Shown: positions 39,447-50,094 of the stretch, piece by piece | Position numbering within the stretch: position 1 is the first letter of the stretch | Layout: each line of letters begins with the position of its first letter | Source: an uncultured Chloroflexia bacterium | Lineage (GTDB): Bacteria; Chloroflexota; Chloroflexia; Thermomicrobiales; UBA6265 | DNA: 64,000 nt | Direction: 5' to 3' | Assembly: GCA_963737985.1 (NCBI GenBank) | Contig: CAVTUU010000001.1 | Span: forward strand, 130,414 to 194,413 | Made by a program: the position numbers and the translations under genes | The notes under the pieces: generated by a model | Told to the model about the DNA's origin: nothing | What the model saw: only the letters and a program-made list of their open reading frames with translations | Databases searched by the model: none

Positions 39447-40571
39447 GTGGTGCGAGACTTGGCGCGGCCTCGCTTGCGGGATTTGGGCATCTCAATAGGT
39501 GTAGGAACCCCTGGTCCGCTCAACGCGATTACGGATGTCGAAGGCGTCCGAGTTGGTCATGTCACGCTCATCGATGGAGAAGGATCGCTTGAGGTCGGGC
39601 GCGGACCAGTTCGAACGGGAGTCACAGCGGTCATTCCTCACAATGAATCGGTTTTCCAGGTACTTGTGCCGGCGGCGATCGAAGTGCTCAATGGCGCCGG
39701 TGAAATTACTGGACGATCTCAGATCGATGAGTATGGGACGCTCGAAACCCCAATCCTGATCACGAACACACTCTCAGTTGGCGCCGCGCATCAAGGGTGT
39801 ATTGAATGGCTCCTTGAGCGAGAACCTGACTTAGGCACTCGTGAATTCGTTCTGCCCGTCGTTGCCGAGACTTACGACGGCTTTTTGAACGATATCGGTG
39901 GGCTGCACGTCAAACCAGAACACGCAAAAGAAGCGCTCAACTCTTCCCGGTCGGGAGCAGTTCAAGAAGGAAACGTCGGCGGTGGCACCGGGATGCTGCT
40001 CTTTGGTTTCAAAGGCGGCATTGGCACCTCTTCGCGTACGTTCTCGATTGGAGACCGCTCATATACCGTTGGCGTGCTCGTTCAAGGAAATTTTGGCGAT
40101 CGCCTCGATCTCCTCGTCGACGGTGTCGCGGTGGGTCGTGACCTGTCCGACTTTTCGTTGGAAGGTTCACGTGCGCGACAAACAAAAGAAGGTTCGATCA
40201 TCGTCATCATTGGGACCGATGCTCCATTGAGCGATCGCGAATTGAAGCGCGTCTGCCGCCGAGGAATTCTCGGACTAGGACGAGTTGGCGCGATAGCAGG
40301 GAATTCATCAGGTGATCTGCTTCTCGCGTTTTCCAATGCACCCGAATGCCGAATACCGCGGCGAGATCGAGATTCGATCATATCCCAAGCGCGGTTACGC
40401 GACGACGCGATAGACATTCTCTTTCGGATGACGATCGAATCGACGTCCGAAGCGGTCCTGAACGCGCTTGTTGCGGCCGAAACAATGGTCGGGCGGGACG
40501 GAAATACAGCGCATGCTATTCCTCAAGAGCAATTAGTCGATATCATGCGCAGATACGGAAGATTGCAATAG
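39447..40571 (+). CDS. DmpA/BapA family (S58/P1) aminopeptidase
   Basis: RLRDLGI, NAITDVEGVRVGHVT, RTGVTA, PVVAETYDG, EGNVGGGTGM, autocleavage motif EG/SII, SGD. Confidence 0.92.
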   Translation: MVRDLARPRLRDLGISIGVGTPGPLNAITDVEGVRVGHVTLIDGEGSLEVGRGPVRTGVTAVIPHNESVFQVLVPAAIEVLNGAGEITGRSQIDEYGTLETPILITNTLSVGAAHQGCIEWLLEREPDLGTREFVLPVVAETYDGFLNDIGGLHVKPEHAKEALNSSRSGAVQEGNVGGGTGMLLFGFKGGIGTSSRTFSIGDRSYTVGVLVQGNFGDRLDLLVDGVAVGRDLSDFSLEGSRARQTKEGSIIVIIGTDAPLSDRELKRVCRRGILGLGRVGAIAGNSSGDLLLAFSNAPECRIPRRDRDSIISQARLRDDAIDILFRMTIESTSEAVLNALVAAETMVGRDGNTAHAIPQEQLVDIMRRYGRLQ

Positions 40572-40578
40572 CCCCATT

Positions 40579-41307
40579 TTGATCGGAGTGACTCCCTTGA
40601 GCAGGGTCTTCTCGGTAAAGGAGATCTCGCCTGAAGAACGACCGCGCGAGCGATTATTTCTGAAAGGTTCCGCTTCACTAACGAATGCCGATTTAATCGC
40701 AATCCTCCTTAACACGGGAAGCCATGGCGAGCCTGTTACTGTGCTAGCACAACGCTTGCTCCAAGAGAATGGAGGTATTTTGGGCCTTATGCGCATGGAT
40801 GTTGCCGAGCTCTCCACGATCCATGGAATTGGTCCAGCGAAGGCTGCGAAGCTCAAAGCCGCACTTGAGATTGCCAGCCGCGTTGTCGCGCTCGGACCTG
40901 ATCAACGTCCGAAAATCACGACTCCCGACGATGTTATCAATCTTGTCGGAATCGAGATGTCGGTGTTGGAACAAGAACAACTGAGGGTTGTTTTGCTCGA
41001 CACGAAGCATCGGGTGATCAATATTCGCTCGATCTATCAGGGGAGTGTAAATCAAGCTCAGGTTCGGGTTGGCGAGGTATTCCGCGATGCGGTTCGCCAA
41101 AATTCGACCGCGATCATCGCAATTCACAACCACCCGTCAGGTGATCCGACACCATCGGCCGCAGACGTTGCCCTAACCGCAGAAATACGGAAAGCTGGCG
41201 ACATGCTTGACATCGAATTGCTCGACCATCTTATTGTTGGGGCGGGAAGGCATGTTTCAATGCGTCGCCTCGGATTAGGCTTCCCCACTAACGGGGCGGA
41301 AACCTAA
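40579..41307 (+). CDS. radC: RadC (HhH + JAB/MPN) protein
   Basis: ERPRERL, GIGPAKA, EQE, HNHPSGDPTPS..D, LLDHLIVG. Confidence 0.95.
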   Translation: MIGVTPLSRVFSVKEISPEERPRERLFLKGSASLTNADLIAILLNTGSHGEPVTVLAQRLLQENGGILGLMRMDVAELSTIHGIGPAKAAKLKAALEIASRVVALGPDQRPKITTPDDVINLVGIEMSVLEQEQLRVVLLDTKHRVINIRSIYQGSVNQAQVRVGEVFRDAVRQNSTAIIAIHNHPSGDPTPSAADVALTAEIRKAGDMLDIELLDHLIVGAGRHVSMRRLGLGFPTNGAET

Positions 41308-41332
41308 CTCGGAATTTGAACTGGAGCAGCAA

Positions 41333-42121
41333 ATGGCAAGGGGTTTCGGAGTCGCGGGAACACTTGACCACTCGAGCGTAAAAGTGGTTGCCCCAGCAGC
41401 TGAGCAAGCCGGCTTTTCGACATTCTGGGCGAACGACACGCCTTCCGGCGACGGACTGGAATCCCTTGCACTTACGGCATCGCTGACGCGATCTATCCGT
41501 TTAGGGGTTGGTGTCATTCCCATCGATCGAAAACCTGCCAGGGAAATCATTGAAGAAGTCAAGCGCCTTGAGCTGCCAGAAGATCGTCTGACTGTCGGAA
41601 TCGGATCAGGCGGACTGTTCAAGGGAAGCATCGACGCCGTTCGTGACGCCGCGCTCGAATTAAAGGGCGCACTTCAGGCGAGGATTTTGGTGGGATCACT
41701 CGGACCGAAAATGACCGAATTGGGCGGAACCGAAGCTGACGGATCGCTCTTGAACTGGTTGACCCCCGAGTATGCCGCGAAATCCACGAAGCTGGTTCGC
41801 GATGCAGCCTCAAAAGCGGGTCAAACTGAAACACATATTGCGGCGTATGTGAGAGTCGCCCTTGGTCCCCAGGCATTAGCGTCGCTACGGACCGAATCCG
41901 GGCGCTATGAGGGATATCCGCAATACGCGCGTAATTTCGCGCGAATGGGCGTTTCTGCCTTCGACACGACGGTATATGGGGAAACTGCTGACCAACTCAG
42001 AGACAAACTCTCCGCGTTTGAGCAAGTTGTGGATGAGGTCGTTGTCCGAGCCATCGTCGCCAACGAAACAGTCAAAGATTATTTGGATCTCATGAATGCC
42101 ACTTCGCCAGCGGGGACTTAG
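41333..42121 (+). CDS. LLM-class (luciferase-like) flavin/F420-dependent oxidoreductase
   Basis: AEQAGFSTFW, TRSIRLGVGV, RLTVGIGSG, LGPKM..LGG.EADG.LLNW. Confidence 0.8.
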   Translation: MARGFGVAGTLDHSSVKVVAPAAEQAGFSTFWANDTPSGDGLESLALTASLTRSIRLGVGVIPIDRKPAREIIEEVKRLELPEDRLTVGIGSGGLFKGSIDAVRDAALELKGALQARILVGSLGPKMTELGGTEADGSLLNWLTPEYAAKSTKLVRDAASKAGQTETHIAAYVRVALGPQALASLRTESGRYEGYPQYARNFARMGVSAFDTTVYGETADQLRDKLSAFEQVVDEVVVRAIVANETVKDYLDLMNATSPAGT

Positions 42122-42700
42122 ATGCTGGTCGATATGCTCCCCCTTGTCTTTGACAGAGATAGTGCGATTGCATGGTCTCAAGCCGTCCTGAGTGTCTCTA
42201 ATGTTGTCTTCCTTGACACCGAAACGACCGGGCTTGATGGGGATGCGGAAATCATTGAAATCGCGATCGTCGATCAAAAAGGCACGGCACTCATAGATTC
42301 ATTTGTGCGGCCGAATCGACCGATTCCAATAAGCGCAGCTGCTATTCATGGTATTTTCGACCACCATGTTGCAACCGCTCCCCAATGGTTCGAAGTCTAT
42401 CCGACAGTCGCCGCCGCGTGTCAGGATCGCCTCGTTATCGTTTACAACGCAGACTACGATTCGCGGCTCATTCACCAAACCTGTCGATTCTCGGGCATAA
42501 CTTCGTTCGCAGCGACGTATCGTTGCGCTATGCAGGCGTTTGCGTGTTTCTTCGCCGGAGTTCCGTCGCGAGGTAGGCCGAAGAACCACAAGCTCGAAAC
42601 TGCCGCGCAGACATTTTCCCTTGAAATTCCAAATCATCGTGCCCTTGGAGATGCTCTCGCTTGCCTTGGCGTTGTTCAGGGGATGGCAAGCTCCAAATAG
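42122..42700 (+). CDS. DEDDh 3'-5' exonuclease (DnaQ-like)
   Basis: FLDTETTGL, EIIEIA, IHGI, YNADYD, HRALGDA. Confidence 0.9.
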   Translation: MLVDMLPLVFDRDSAIAWSQAVLSVSNVVFLDTETTGLDGDAEIIEIAIVDQKGTALIDSFVRPNRPIPISAAAIHGIFDHHVATAPQWFEVYPTVAAACQDRLVIVYNADYDSRLIHQTCRFSGITSFAATYRCAMQAFACFFAGVPSRGRPKNHKLETAAQTFSLEIPNHRALGDALACLGVVQGMASSK

Positions 42701-42736
42701 CGTTGGAAGTCGAATTAGTTTGCGCTTGGCGGAGTT

Positions 42737-44854
42737 TCAATAATCCGCGAAGAAGTGCTCAACCAGTTTTGGGTCAAATTGCTTTCCGGCGGAGGCGCTC
42801 AGCTCGTTGAGAGCTTCGAGTTGGTTCAGCGGTTCTCGCCAAGGCGACGCAGTTGTCATAGCGTCATACGCTTCACTAATGGCGATGATCCTCGCGGCAA
42901 GAGGAATGTACTCGCCCGCAAGGCGATAGGGATAGCCTGTTCCGTCCCAACGCTCATGATGATGTCGCAGCGCGGACGCGAGAAGCACCAATGAAGGACT
43001 CGATTCGACCAGTCGCGCTCCAACGAACGGGTGACTCCTCACGATCTGAAGTTCTCTCGAATTAAGTTGTCCACTCTTCCCAAGAATCGAATCGGGAACG
43101 GAAACTTTTCCCAGATCGTGAAATTGGCCCGAAAGACCAATTCGTTCGACTTCACGTGAATCAAGTCCAAGTCGTTGGGCAATCAAGACCGAGAGGTTAC
43201 CGACTCTCTCCCCATGACCGAGCGATAAACGCTCACGTTCCTCGACGATTCGAACGAGGCGTTTAGCGTCTTCAAGGCTGAATGCTTGACCAACTGCTGA
43301 TGTCAATTCGGGGTTGTACAAATGAACTTGGTTTCTCCCGGATCGCTTTGCCACATATGCGGCGGCGTCCGCTCGTTTGATTAGCGAATCGCGGTCGTTT
43401 GCATGTTCCGGCAAACCGGCAACTCCCACGCTTACCGACAGCCGTACCTCGACATCTGACTGGATACGAAGAGTTGTGACAGCAATTGCCTCGCGCAGTC
43501 GCTCAGCAAAAATGAGCGCGTCGTCGCTCCAAGTTCCTGGTAGTAGAATCACGAATTCTTCGCCGCCATACCGTGCGACGATATCGATTTGTCGCGCGTT
43601 CGCTCGCAACATCGAACCAATTTCCCGAAGGACTTCGTCCCCAACTTGATGCCCGTGGGTGTCATTGATTTGCTTGAATGCGTCGACATCGACAAAGCAC
43701 ACGCTTAGAGGTTGCTTGAAGCGATGTGCCCGTTCCACTTCCTCAGCGAGCCTGGCGTTCAACGCTCGGTGATTTGGAAGATCGGTCACTGAATCGGAGA
43801 GCGCCTGGCGTTCAAGTTCCGCTTCTCTAACTCGCAGGTTTTCAACGTTTTCGCGTTGTACATAGAACGCATATGTCAGACGAACAACCGACGCGATCAG
43901 ACCTACCGTGGCCAATGTAAGCGCCAGAGACAGGTGACCGCTATTGTCTGCCGTTTCAAGAATGATCACCACACCGGCATATGCGAGCGCAGAAACTCCC
44001 ACAAACAATTGACCGTGTCGTAAGTTGAATTTCGTCGCATGAGGCTGAGCGGTAAAGTTTGACAGCGAAAATACAGGTTGACGGACCGTCATACGAAAGA
44101 CTGCCGCGAGCGCCAATGTAAAAAAGGCCGAAATACCGACGAGGAATACTTGGGATTGGTCTAACTTCCTCGCTGATAGCTCGAGACCGGTTTCCCAATC
44201 GACAAGGATGAGGAACATCCAACCTATGACCAACCAACGCGCCGCCTGGATCCCTCGAATGGCCGGAGCAATTGAGATGAGGATGAGTCCGAGCGCAAGC
44301 CCTCCACCGGCCATCGTCCCGATTGCGAGGCCGATTTGAACATCGGCTGCATCGGGAGCTTTTCCGAAGACTTGGAAAGGTGCTGCTAGGGCCAGCGCGG
44401 AGATCACCATAATCACAAGCAAATCTAAGGCTTGGAGAGGAAAGCCACGCCGACAGCGAGAAAACGCAACCTCTCGAAGGAGCAACAATGAGAAGCCCAA
44501 CGATCCGCAAAAACACAGGCCCATGGAAAACGACGCGACATCACCGGTAACAGAGTTGAAATTGATTCCAAGTGCAATTGAGAGGGATGCGCCCGCGCGC
44601 AAGAGTGCCGCAAGGCCCAAACCTATCCAGATGTTGCCATCCTGTTGACGGCGGGCTATCGCGGCGACTGAGATGACAATGCCAGCCGACACGACCGCGA
44701 AGCCTGCTGAGACTACGGAACGAGTAGCTACTTCAGTTCCGACTAATAGAAGAATTGACGCTACGTAGATCGCAAATGCAACCGCAATGGTCAACATGTT
44801 GCCCGCAGGGATTTGTCTATAGGGTTCTATAGAAATCGATTGCGTAGCGTCCAT
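42737..44854 (-). CDS. Membrane-bound GGDEF + HD-GYP protein
   Basis: Multi-TM N-terminus; DSVTDLPN, FKQINDTHGH, RQID I-site, RYGGEEF; HDLGK, HHERWDGTGYP. Confidence 0.92.
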   Translation of the reverse strand: MDATQSISIEPYRQIPAGNMLTIAVAFAIYVASILLLVGTEVATRSVVSAGFAVVSAGIVISVAAIARRQQDGNIWIGLGLAALLRAGASLSIALGINFNSVTGDVASFSMGLCFCGSLGFSLLLLREVAFSRCRRGFPLQALDLLVIMVISALALAAPFQVFGKAPDAADVQIGLAIGTMAGGGLALGLILISIAPAIRGIQAARWLVIGWMFLILVDWETGLELSARKLDQSQVFLVGISAFFTLALAAVFRMTVRQPVFSLSNFTAQPHATKFNLRHGQLFVGVSALAYAGVVIILETADNSGHLSLALTLATVGLIASVVRLTYAFYVQRENVENLRVREAELERQALSDSVTDLPNHRALNARLAEEVERAHRFKQPLSVCFVDVDAFKQINDTHGHQVGDEVLREIGSMLRANARQIDIVARYGGEEFVILLPGTWSDDALIFAERLREAIAVTTLRIQSDVEVRLSVSVGVAGLPEHANDRDSLIKRADAAAYVAKRSGRNQVHLYNPELTSAVGQAFSLEDAKRLVRIVEERERLSLGHGERVGNLSVLIAQRLGLDSREVERIGLSGQFHDLGKVSVPDSILGKSGQLNSRELQIVRSHPFVGARLVESSPSLVLLASALRHHHERWDGTGYPYRLAGEYIPLAARIIAISEAYDAMTTASPWREPLNQLEALNELSASAGKQFDPKLVEHFFADY

Positions 44855-44978
44855 CCTCGTGCCTCACGGTCATGTTCGACAAAGGGACGTTTGACCCAGT
44901 CAAATTTGAGCGGGACGAGAGCACAGCAATCAACGATAATGTCAAAATATTCGAGATCCCTGAAAGAGTAGAGCATTT

Positions 44979-46256
44979 GTGAGTCAGACGAAAGATGTCT
45001 CTGTCGGAGCGATTGCGCCTCCCGCGGTGGGGCGCGATGCTGCTTCGGGGCACCATGTCCATTTACGCGAACTAAGGCATCGTGTTCAAGTTGAAGCGGC
45101 TTCCTGGGGAATTCTCACCTCAGTCAACGCAACGTTCGTCACACCGCTCCTCGTTTCCCGGGGCGCAGGTGCTGTGGCGCTTGGCATATACAACAGTCTT
45201 GCCAATCTCCTGGGCTACAGCGCCGGATTTGCTGGGCCGCACATAGCCCAACGAAAGCGAAGCGTGAGCAAAACGGCTCTCCTTTGCATGGGTTTTGGAC
45301 GCCTCGTTTTTCTCGCTATTCCGCTGGCCATGGTTGCGGTGAGCGATGGGGGTGTTCCGCTCCTGATGTCGCTCATTCTTCTCTGGGCGCTTGGTGAGGG
45401 TCTTGCCCTCCCCTTGTGGACGTCATTCCTCGCGGGAATGGTCAGCACCGAGGATCGCGGCAGGTGGCTGGCTACTCGCGCGACGGCTGCAACTGCGGCT
45501 TCAGCGGTCGTCATGGTGGTGGTTTTTGTCTTACTTCGGTTTGAGTCGAAAGAATCTGTTTTACCTGCGGCCTATGCCTGTGCGGCACTGGGCGGAGCTC
45601 TCAGCTGGTTTCAACTTCGGACACTTTTCCGAATCTCGCGAGAAGCGCCGGTGCCAAAAGCGAAAACGCTGAAAGACGTGCCAACGTCGCCAGCCGCGCG
45701 TCGGTTTCTCGCAAGCGTTGTGTTCTTTTGGTTCGGTGCAGGTCTGATTTGGCCAATTCTGCCTCCTTACATCATCAATGACCTGGGCGCGCCAACGTCG
45801 TACTTCGCAGGCGTTGCGGTGATTTCGTCGCTCTCGGCTGTAGTCGTGCAGAGACGATGGGGTCGGATGACAGATCAAAGCGGTGCATCAAAGACTCTGC
45901 TTGTTTCGGGGCTTGGAACCGCGCTCGTACCGCTTCTGTGGGCACTGACGCCCGTCTATTGGTTGGGCTTCTTCTTCGAAGTGATCGCGTCTGGAAGCTG
46001 GCCGGGTCACATGCTTGGACTCACGATGAAGTCGGTCGAGCTGGCTGATGTCGAAGCGGATCGACCGCAAATGCTCGCATGGACAAACCTTGCCCAAGGT
46101 GCGGGAGCATGTGTTTCGCCGATCATTTCATCGATCCTCGTCGGCTATACCGGAACTATTCCAATCCTCGTTGCTGCCGCTGGTTGCCGGCTCGTCGCCA
46201 GTTGTTTGCTCGGCGGGTTCTCCTTCACCAATATCAGGCATAGGACCGCCAACTAG
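44979..46256 (+). CDS. MFS transporter
   Basis: About 12 TM segments, EDRGRW, WGRMTDQSG. Confidence 0.8.
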   Translation: MSQTKDVSVGAIAPPAVGRDAASGHHVHLRELRHRVQVEAASWGILTSVNATFVTPLLVSRGAGAVALGIYNSLANLLGYSAGFAGPHIAQRKRSVSKTALLCMGFGRLVFLAIPLAMVAVSDGGVPLLMSLILLWALGEGLALPLWTSFLAGMVSTEDRGRWLATRATAATAASAVVMVVVFVLLRFESKESVLPAAYACAALGGALSWFQLRTLFRISREAPVPKAKTLKDVPTSPAARRFLASVVFFWFGAGLIWPILPPYIINDLGAPTSYFAGVAVISSLSAVVVQRRWGRMTDQSGASKTLLVSGLGTALVPLLWALTPVYWLGFFFEVIASGSWPGHMLGLTMKSVELADVEADRPQMLAWTNLAQGAGACVSPIISSILVGYTGTIPILVAAAGCRLVASCLLGGFSFTNIRHRTAN

Positions 46257-46724
46257 CTGCTCGCGAGCTTCGAAGTCCTCTCGCGAGACTTCATCTGTAA
46301 TTTCATTATCTTCTGTTGCAGCAGAAATTGGGGCCGGAGTTTCATCAGAAGCAAAGGCGCCATCCGGCCAGACGCAATCACCTTCGTGATTTCGATCGCA
46401 AAGTAGGACTGCGTTTTCGCGTCGCGCGACCTCAGTTGGTCTGCTCGCGGCAATTCCAGGACGGTGCTGCACAGGAAACGTGAGCGGGCCGACGTGGACA
46501 AAGCTCGCGCAGATCGCCCGCTCGATTCCATCGCCAAATCCCGCGGCAACACGCCGATCCTGGCTAAGTCCTCGTTTCCGCTTCCTATCGTCGGTTGGCT
46601 GCAGTCGTCGAGGCTGCCTAGATGGTTCAACGTTCTGATTATCGGTCGCCAGTGGTTCTGGGGTTGTAGGAGGGGAGACATCTGATGAACTCGCCTTGGC
46701 GATGTCCTCTTGATCTGACGTCAT
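46253..46724 (-). CDS. Hypothetical protein with Cys/His motif; 3' end uncertain (46253 if frameshifted, 46128 as written)
   Basis: Fills the gap between MFS and mreB; disordered termini; core ICAS...LLCDRNHEGDCVWPDG. Confidence 0.45.
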
Positions 46725-46902
46725 CTGAGCTTGGCTCCAATCGATTGTGCTCGTACGAACCTTGAATTTGTTACCATAATTCGAGAGAGAAAGGCCCACC
46801 CTTATGGTACAATCGCCGTCCGCTAGACACGGTGACTGGCCGTGAGGGAAAACGGCCGGCTACACCTCGTTTTTCCCCGATCTTGGATCGGAGTAATGCT
46901 GC

Positions 46903-47907
46903 GTGCCGAAACAAATTGGCATCGATCTTGGGACGGCGAACGTCCTCGTCTTTCTCCGCGGCCGCGGCATTGTCATCAATGAACCATCGGTCGTTGCGAT
47001 ATCTGCCAAGGATGGCAAGGTCAAGGCGGTCGGGTTGGAAGCTCGAAATATGCTCGGTCGAGAACCTCGTGAAACCATAGAGGTCGTTCGACCTATGCGC
47101 GATGGCGTGATCGCTGACTACGTCGTCACTCAAGAGATGCTGCGTTACTTTATCAATAAGAGTTGTGGTCGTTTCTCGCTCGTACGGCCGGAAGTCATGA
47201 TCTGCGTTCCGGCAGGTGTCACAGGCGTCGAACGTCGTGCGGTCAGAGACGCCGCTCTCAACGCTGGAGCTCGGCGCGCATATCTGATCAGCGAGCCGCT
47301 CGCGGCGGCGATTGGGGCGCGTGTACCTGTGGCCGATCCTTCTGGAAATATGATCATCGATATCGGCGGCGGCACCACCGAAGTAGCGGTCATTTCTTTG
47401 AACGGAATCGTTGTAGCGAGATCCCTTCGCGTCGGCGGCAACCGGTTTGATGAGTCGATCAGCAACTACATCAAGCGAAAGTACAACCTCCGAATCGGAG
47501 AGCGCACTGCCGAAGAGGTGAAGATCGCAATCGGCAGCGCGATGCCGGTCGAAGAAGAAATCGCGATGGAAGTTCGTGGTCGCGACGAAGTCGCGGGTCT
47601 TCCACGGACGATTCAGATTCATGCCAATGAAGTGACAGATGCCATCACCGAACCTCTGGAAGCGATTATTGGCGCAGTTCGCGCGGTGCTCGAAGAAACA
47701 CCACCTGAATTGTCCTCGGACATCATCGACAAGGGGATGATTCTTACCGGCGGTGGTGCAATGCTTCGTCAACTGCCGGACCTTCTCATGGAAGTGACCG
47801 GCGTGCCTTGCTATGTCGCCGATGATCCTCTCTCGTGCGTGGCCGTTGGTACTGGACTCGCCCTCGAACACATGGACATCCTCCGCGACAGCCTGGAAGA
47901 ACCGTAA
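46903..47907 (+). CDS. mreB: Rod shape-determining protein MreB/Mbl
   Basis: [47 protein letters not shown]; extended -10 TGgTACAAT at ~46805. Confidence 0.96.
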   Translation: MPKQIGIDLGTANVLVFLRGRGIVINEPSVVAISAKDGKVKAVGLEARNMLGREPRETIEVVRPMRDGVIADYVVTQEMLRYFINKSCGRFSLVRPEVMICVPAGVTGVERRAVRDAALNAGARRAYLISEPLAAAIGARVPVADPSGNMIIDIGGGTTEVAVISLNGIVVARSLRVGGNRFDESISNYIKRKYNLRIGERTAEEVKIAIGSAMPVEEEIAMEVRGRDEVAGLPRTIQIHANEVTDAITEPLEAIIGAVRAVLEETPPELSSDIIDKGMILTGGGAMLRQLPDLLMEVTGVPCYVADDPLSCVAVGTGLALEHMDILRDSLEEP

Positions 47908-48043
47908 CCATCAAAATCAATCTGACCATTTAGTACCAGCGAGTCATGTCCTGTGGCTCGTCCCACGCCTATTGTTGGTCGTGGAGAGCCGCTGTCTGCA
48001 AGGCGAGAAACGCCAGCTTCGGTCCCCCTGACTCTGGTTCAAC

Positions 48044-49036
48044 ATGTTCGAGCAAGCAGCTATCGCAGCAGAAGTCGACGGCCTCGTCAAACGGTACGGC
48101 GATCATGCCGCTGTAGATGGTGTCTCGCTCTCTATGCGGTACGGCGAAGTCTTCGGCATCCTGGGTCCGAACGGCGCTGGCAAGACGACGACTATTGGAA
48201 TGATGCTCGGTGTGCTCCGGCCAAGCGCTGGCTCGGTTCGGTTGTTTGGAGAAGTTCTTAAGGGAAACGAAACCAAGCTGCTTCCACGAGTCGGCGCGCT
48301 TGTTGAGACTCCCACGTTTTACCCATATCTCGGCGCTCGCGACAATCTTCATGTCCTTGCCAAGATTGATGGCAAGACTTCGTCCGCCGCAATTGAGGAC
48401 GTCTTGAGGAAGACTGAGCTGATTGCCGCGGCCAACAAGCCTTTTCGAACATTTTCGCTTGGAATGAAACAACGACTTGGCATAGCGGCTGCCCTGCTGT
48501 GCAACCCCGAAATGATCATCCTCGATGAGCCGACGAATGGACTCGATCCAGCAGGAATAGTCGAGATCCGTTCTTTGCTCCGTCGTCTGGCCGATGACGG
48601 AAAGGCAGTTGTGCTCTCGAGTCATCAATTGAACGAGGTACAAAGAATTTGCGATCGGGTCGCGATCATCAATGGAGGCAAAGTTGTCGCGGACGGCAAC
48701 GTTATGGATTTGCTTGCTTGTCGACGAAAAACAATAGTCTCAGTTTCCGACAACAATAGGGCCATTCTGGTAATCGAGAGATTTCCATGGGTCACAAGTC
48801 TGAAATTGTCATCGGGTTCAATCGAGATAGGCGGAATAGGTCCTGATATCTTCGAGCTATCCCGAACTTTGGCAGAAGAGGGCATCTGGATTTCGTCGAT
48901 TGCGACCGCTGAAGGCAGTCTCGAGGACTATTTCCTCAATTTGACCGGTGATGGGCAAGCGACCAACAACGGTCGTTCAACTCTCCAGATCACCGAGCAA
49001 ATGGCATCGCTAACGATTGCAAATGGAGCTATATAA
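48044..49036 (+). CDS. ABC-2 type exporter ATP-binding protein
   Basis: GPNGAGKTT, FSLGMKQRL, LDEPTNGLDP, SSH, SLEDYFL. Confidence 0.93.
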   Translation: MFEQAAIAAEVDGLVKRYGDHAAVDGVSLSMRYGEVFGILGPNGAGKTTTIGMMLGVLRPSAGSVRLFGEVLKGNETKLLPRVGALVETPTFYPYLGARDNLHVLAKIDGKTSSAAIEDVLRKTELIAAANKPFRTFSLGMKQRLGIAAALLCNPEMIILDEPTNGLDPAGIVEIRSLLRRLADDGKAVVLSSHQLNEVQRICDRVAIINGGKVVADGNVMDLLACRRKTIVSVSDNNRAILVIERFPWVTSLKLSSGSIEIGGIGPDIFELSRTLAEEGIWISSIATAEGSLEDYFLNLTGDGQATNNGRSTLQITEQMASLTIANGAI

Positions 49037-49896
49037 GGTGTCGGATACTGGGATTCCTCGCTTCGGACGTCTTGTCGGGGCCGAGTTGTTTCGTCTATTC
49101 CGCAGACCGATGCTCTGGATCATGGTGGCGATCCAGGTCGGCCTGTGCGCGCTCACACCGATTCTGTTTTACCTCATTTATCGAACTTCATCTGCCGATG
49201 AATTGTCGGCAGGCATGCGCGACATTATGCACAATCGCCTTTCGTTCCCTGGAGTTTTGACGTCATCAGTTGTCTCGAGCCTGACATGGGGATTGCCTCT
49301 TCTTATAGTCCTTACCGCAAGTTCGTTTGGCGGGGAGTTTGCCTGGGGAACCCTTCGTATGTTGCTTTCGCGTGGATTGGGGCGAAAAGAGTATTGCCTG
49401 ACGAAGTCGACAGCCCTGGCGCTTTGTTGGATATTGTTGATGGTTGCTGGCACGTTCACGTCACTGATTATAGGGACACTCGCCGCACAGCTCGCCCACG
49501 GATCGGGTCCTACAGCTATTGAGGTGAACGATCTGTTCACGATGGTAAGTTATTTAGCTGTCGGGTTACTCGGCGGCGTCGCGTACGTCGCCCTCGTGGG
49601 ACTGTTCGCGATGCAAGTAAAGTCAACCTCCTTCGCTGTAGCGTCTGGTCTCGCAATCTATTTTGGAGATCGAATAGTAGGCGGTATAGCTGCAGGGCTT
49701 GGGTACGCGCCAATTGAAACGATTATCCGCGCCGGAATGACCTACAACCTTTCTTCCTTGATTGGTCAAGCAGGCGACAAACCAAACCCGTCTCTGCTCG
49801 CTAGTCAGTGTTTTAATCTTGTATACGACGTGCGCCGCAGCGGGCACGATTCGGCTATTGAAGAGGCACGACGTCGGTGTTTCGGGTATTGGCTGA
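49017..49896 (+). CDS. ABC-2 type exporter permease; apparent 1-nt insertion near 49790-49800
   Basis: AELFRL, GGEFAWGTLRMLL; the +1 frame from 49801 gives the missing last TM helix LVSVLILYTTCAAAGTIRLLKRHDV ending TGA at 49896. Confidence 0.8.
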
Positions 49897-50094
49897 TTCG
49901 TGCGGCGAGTTGGCGCGTATCGTTCTTTTCGCACGACATATCCCTATTAGGTACCACTCAATCAGATATACACGCCTATTCCCATCCCTCACAACTCCAA
50001 GTCTTTTCTTCCCGCCGTGGTAGCATGGCCGACGGCGTTGCTCACGACGTCATTTAGTCCATTTCGGGGCCCCAATTGAATTGAGTGGAGTTAT

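Noticed and set aside
40579..42700. RadC and exonuclease as mobile-element or defence cargo
   Set aside because: RadC is the full-length chromosomal type; no integrase, transposase or obvious compositional shift nearby.
49897..50057. Long hydrophilic C-terminal tail on the ABC permease
   Set aside because: Artefact of the frameshift near 49800; the +1 frame gives the expected final TM helix and stop.
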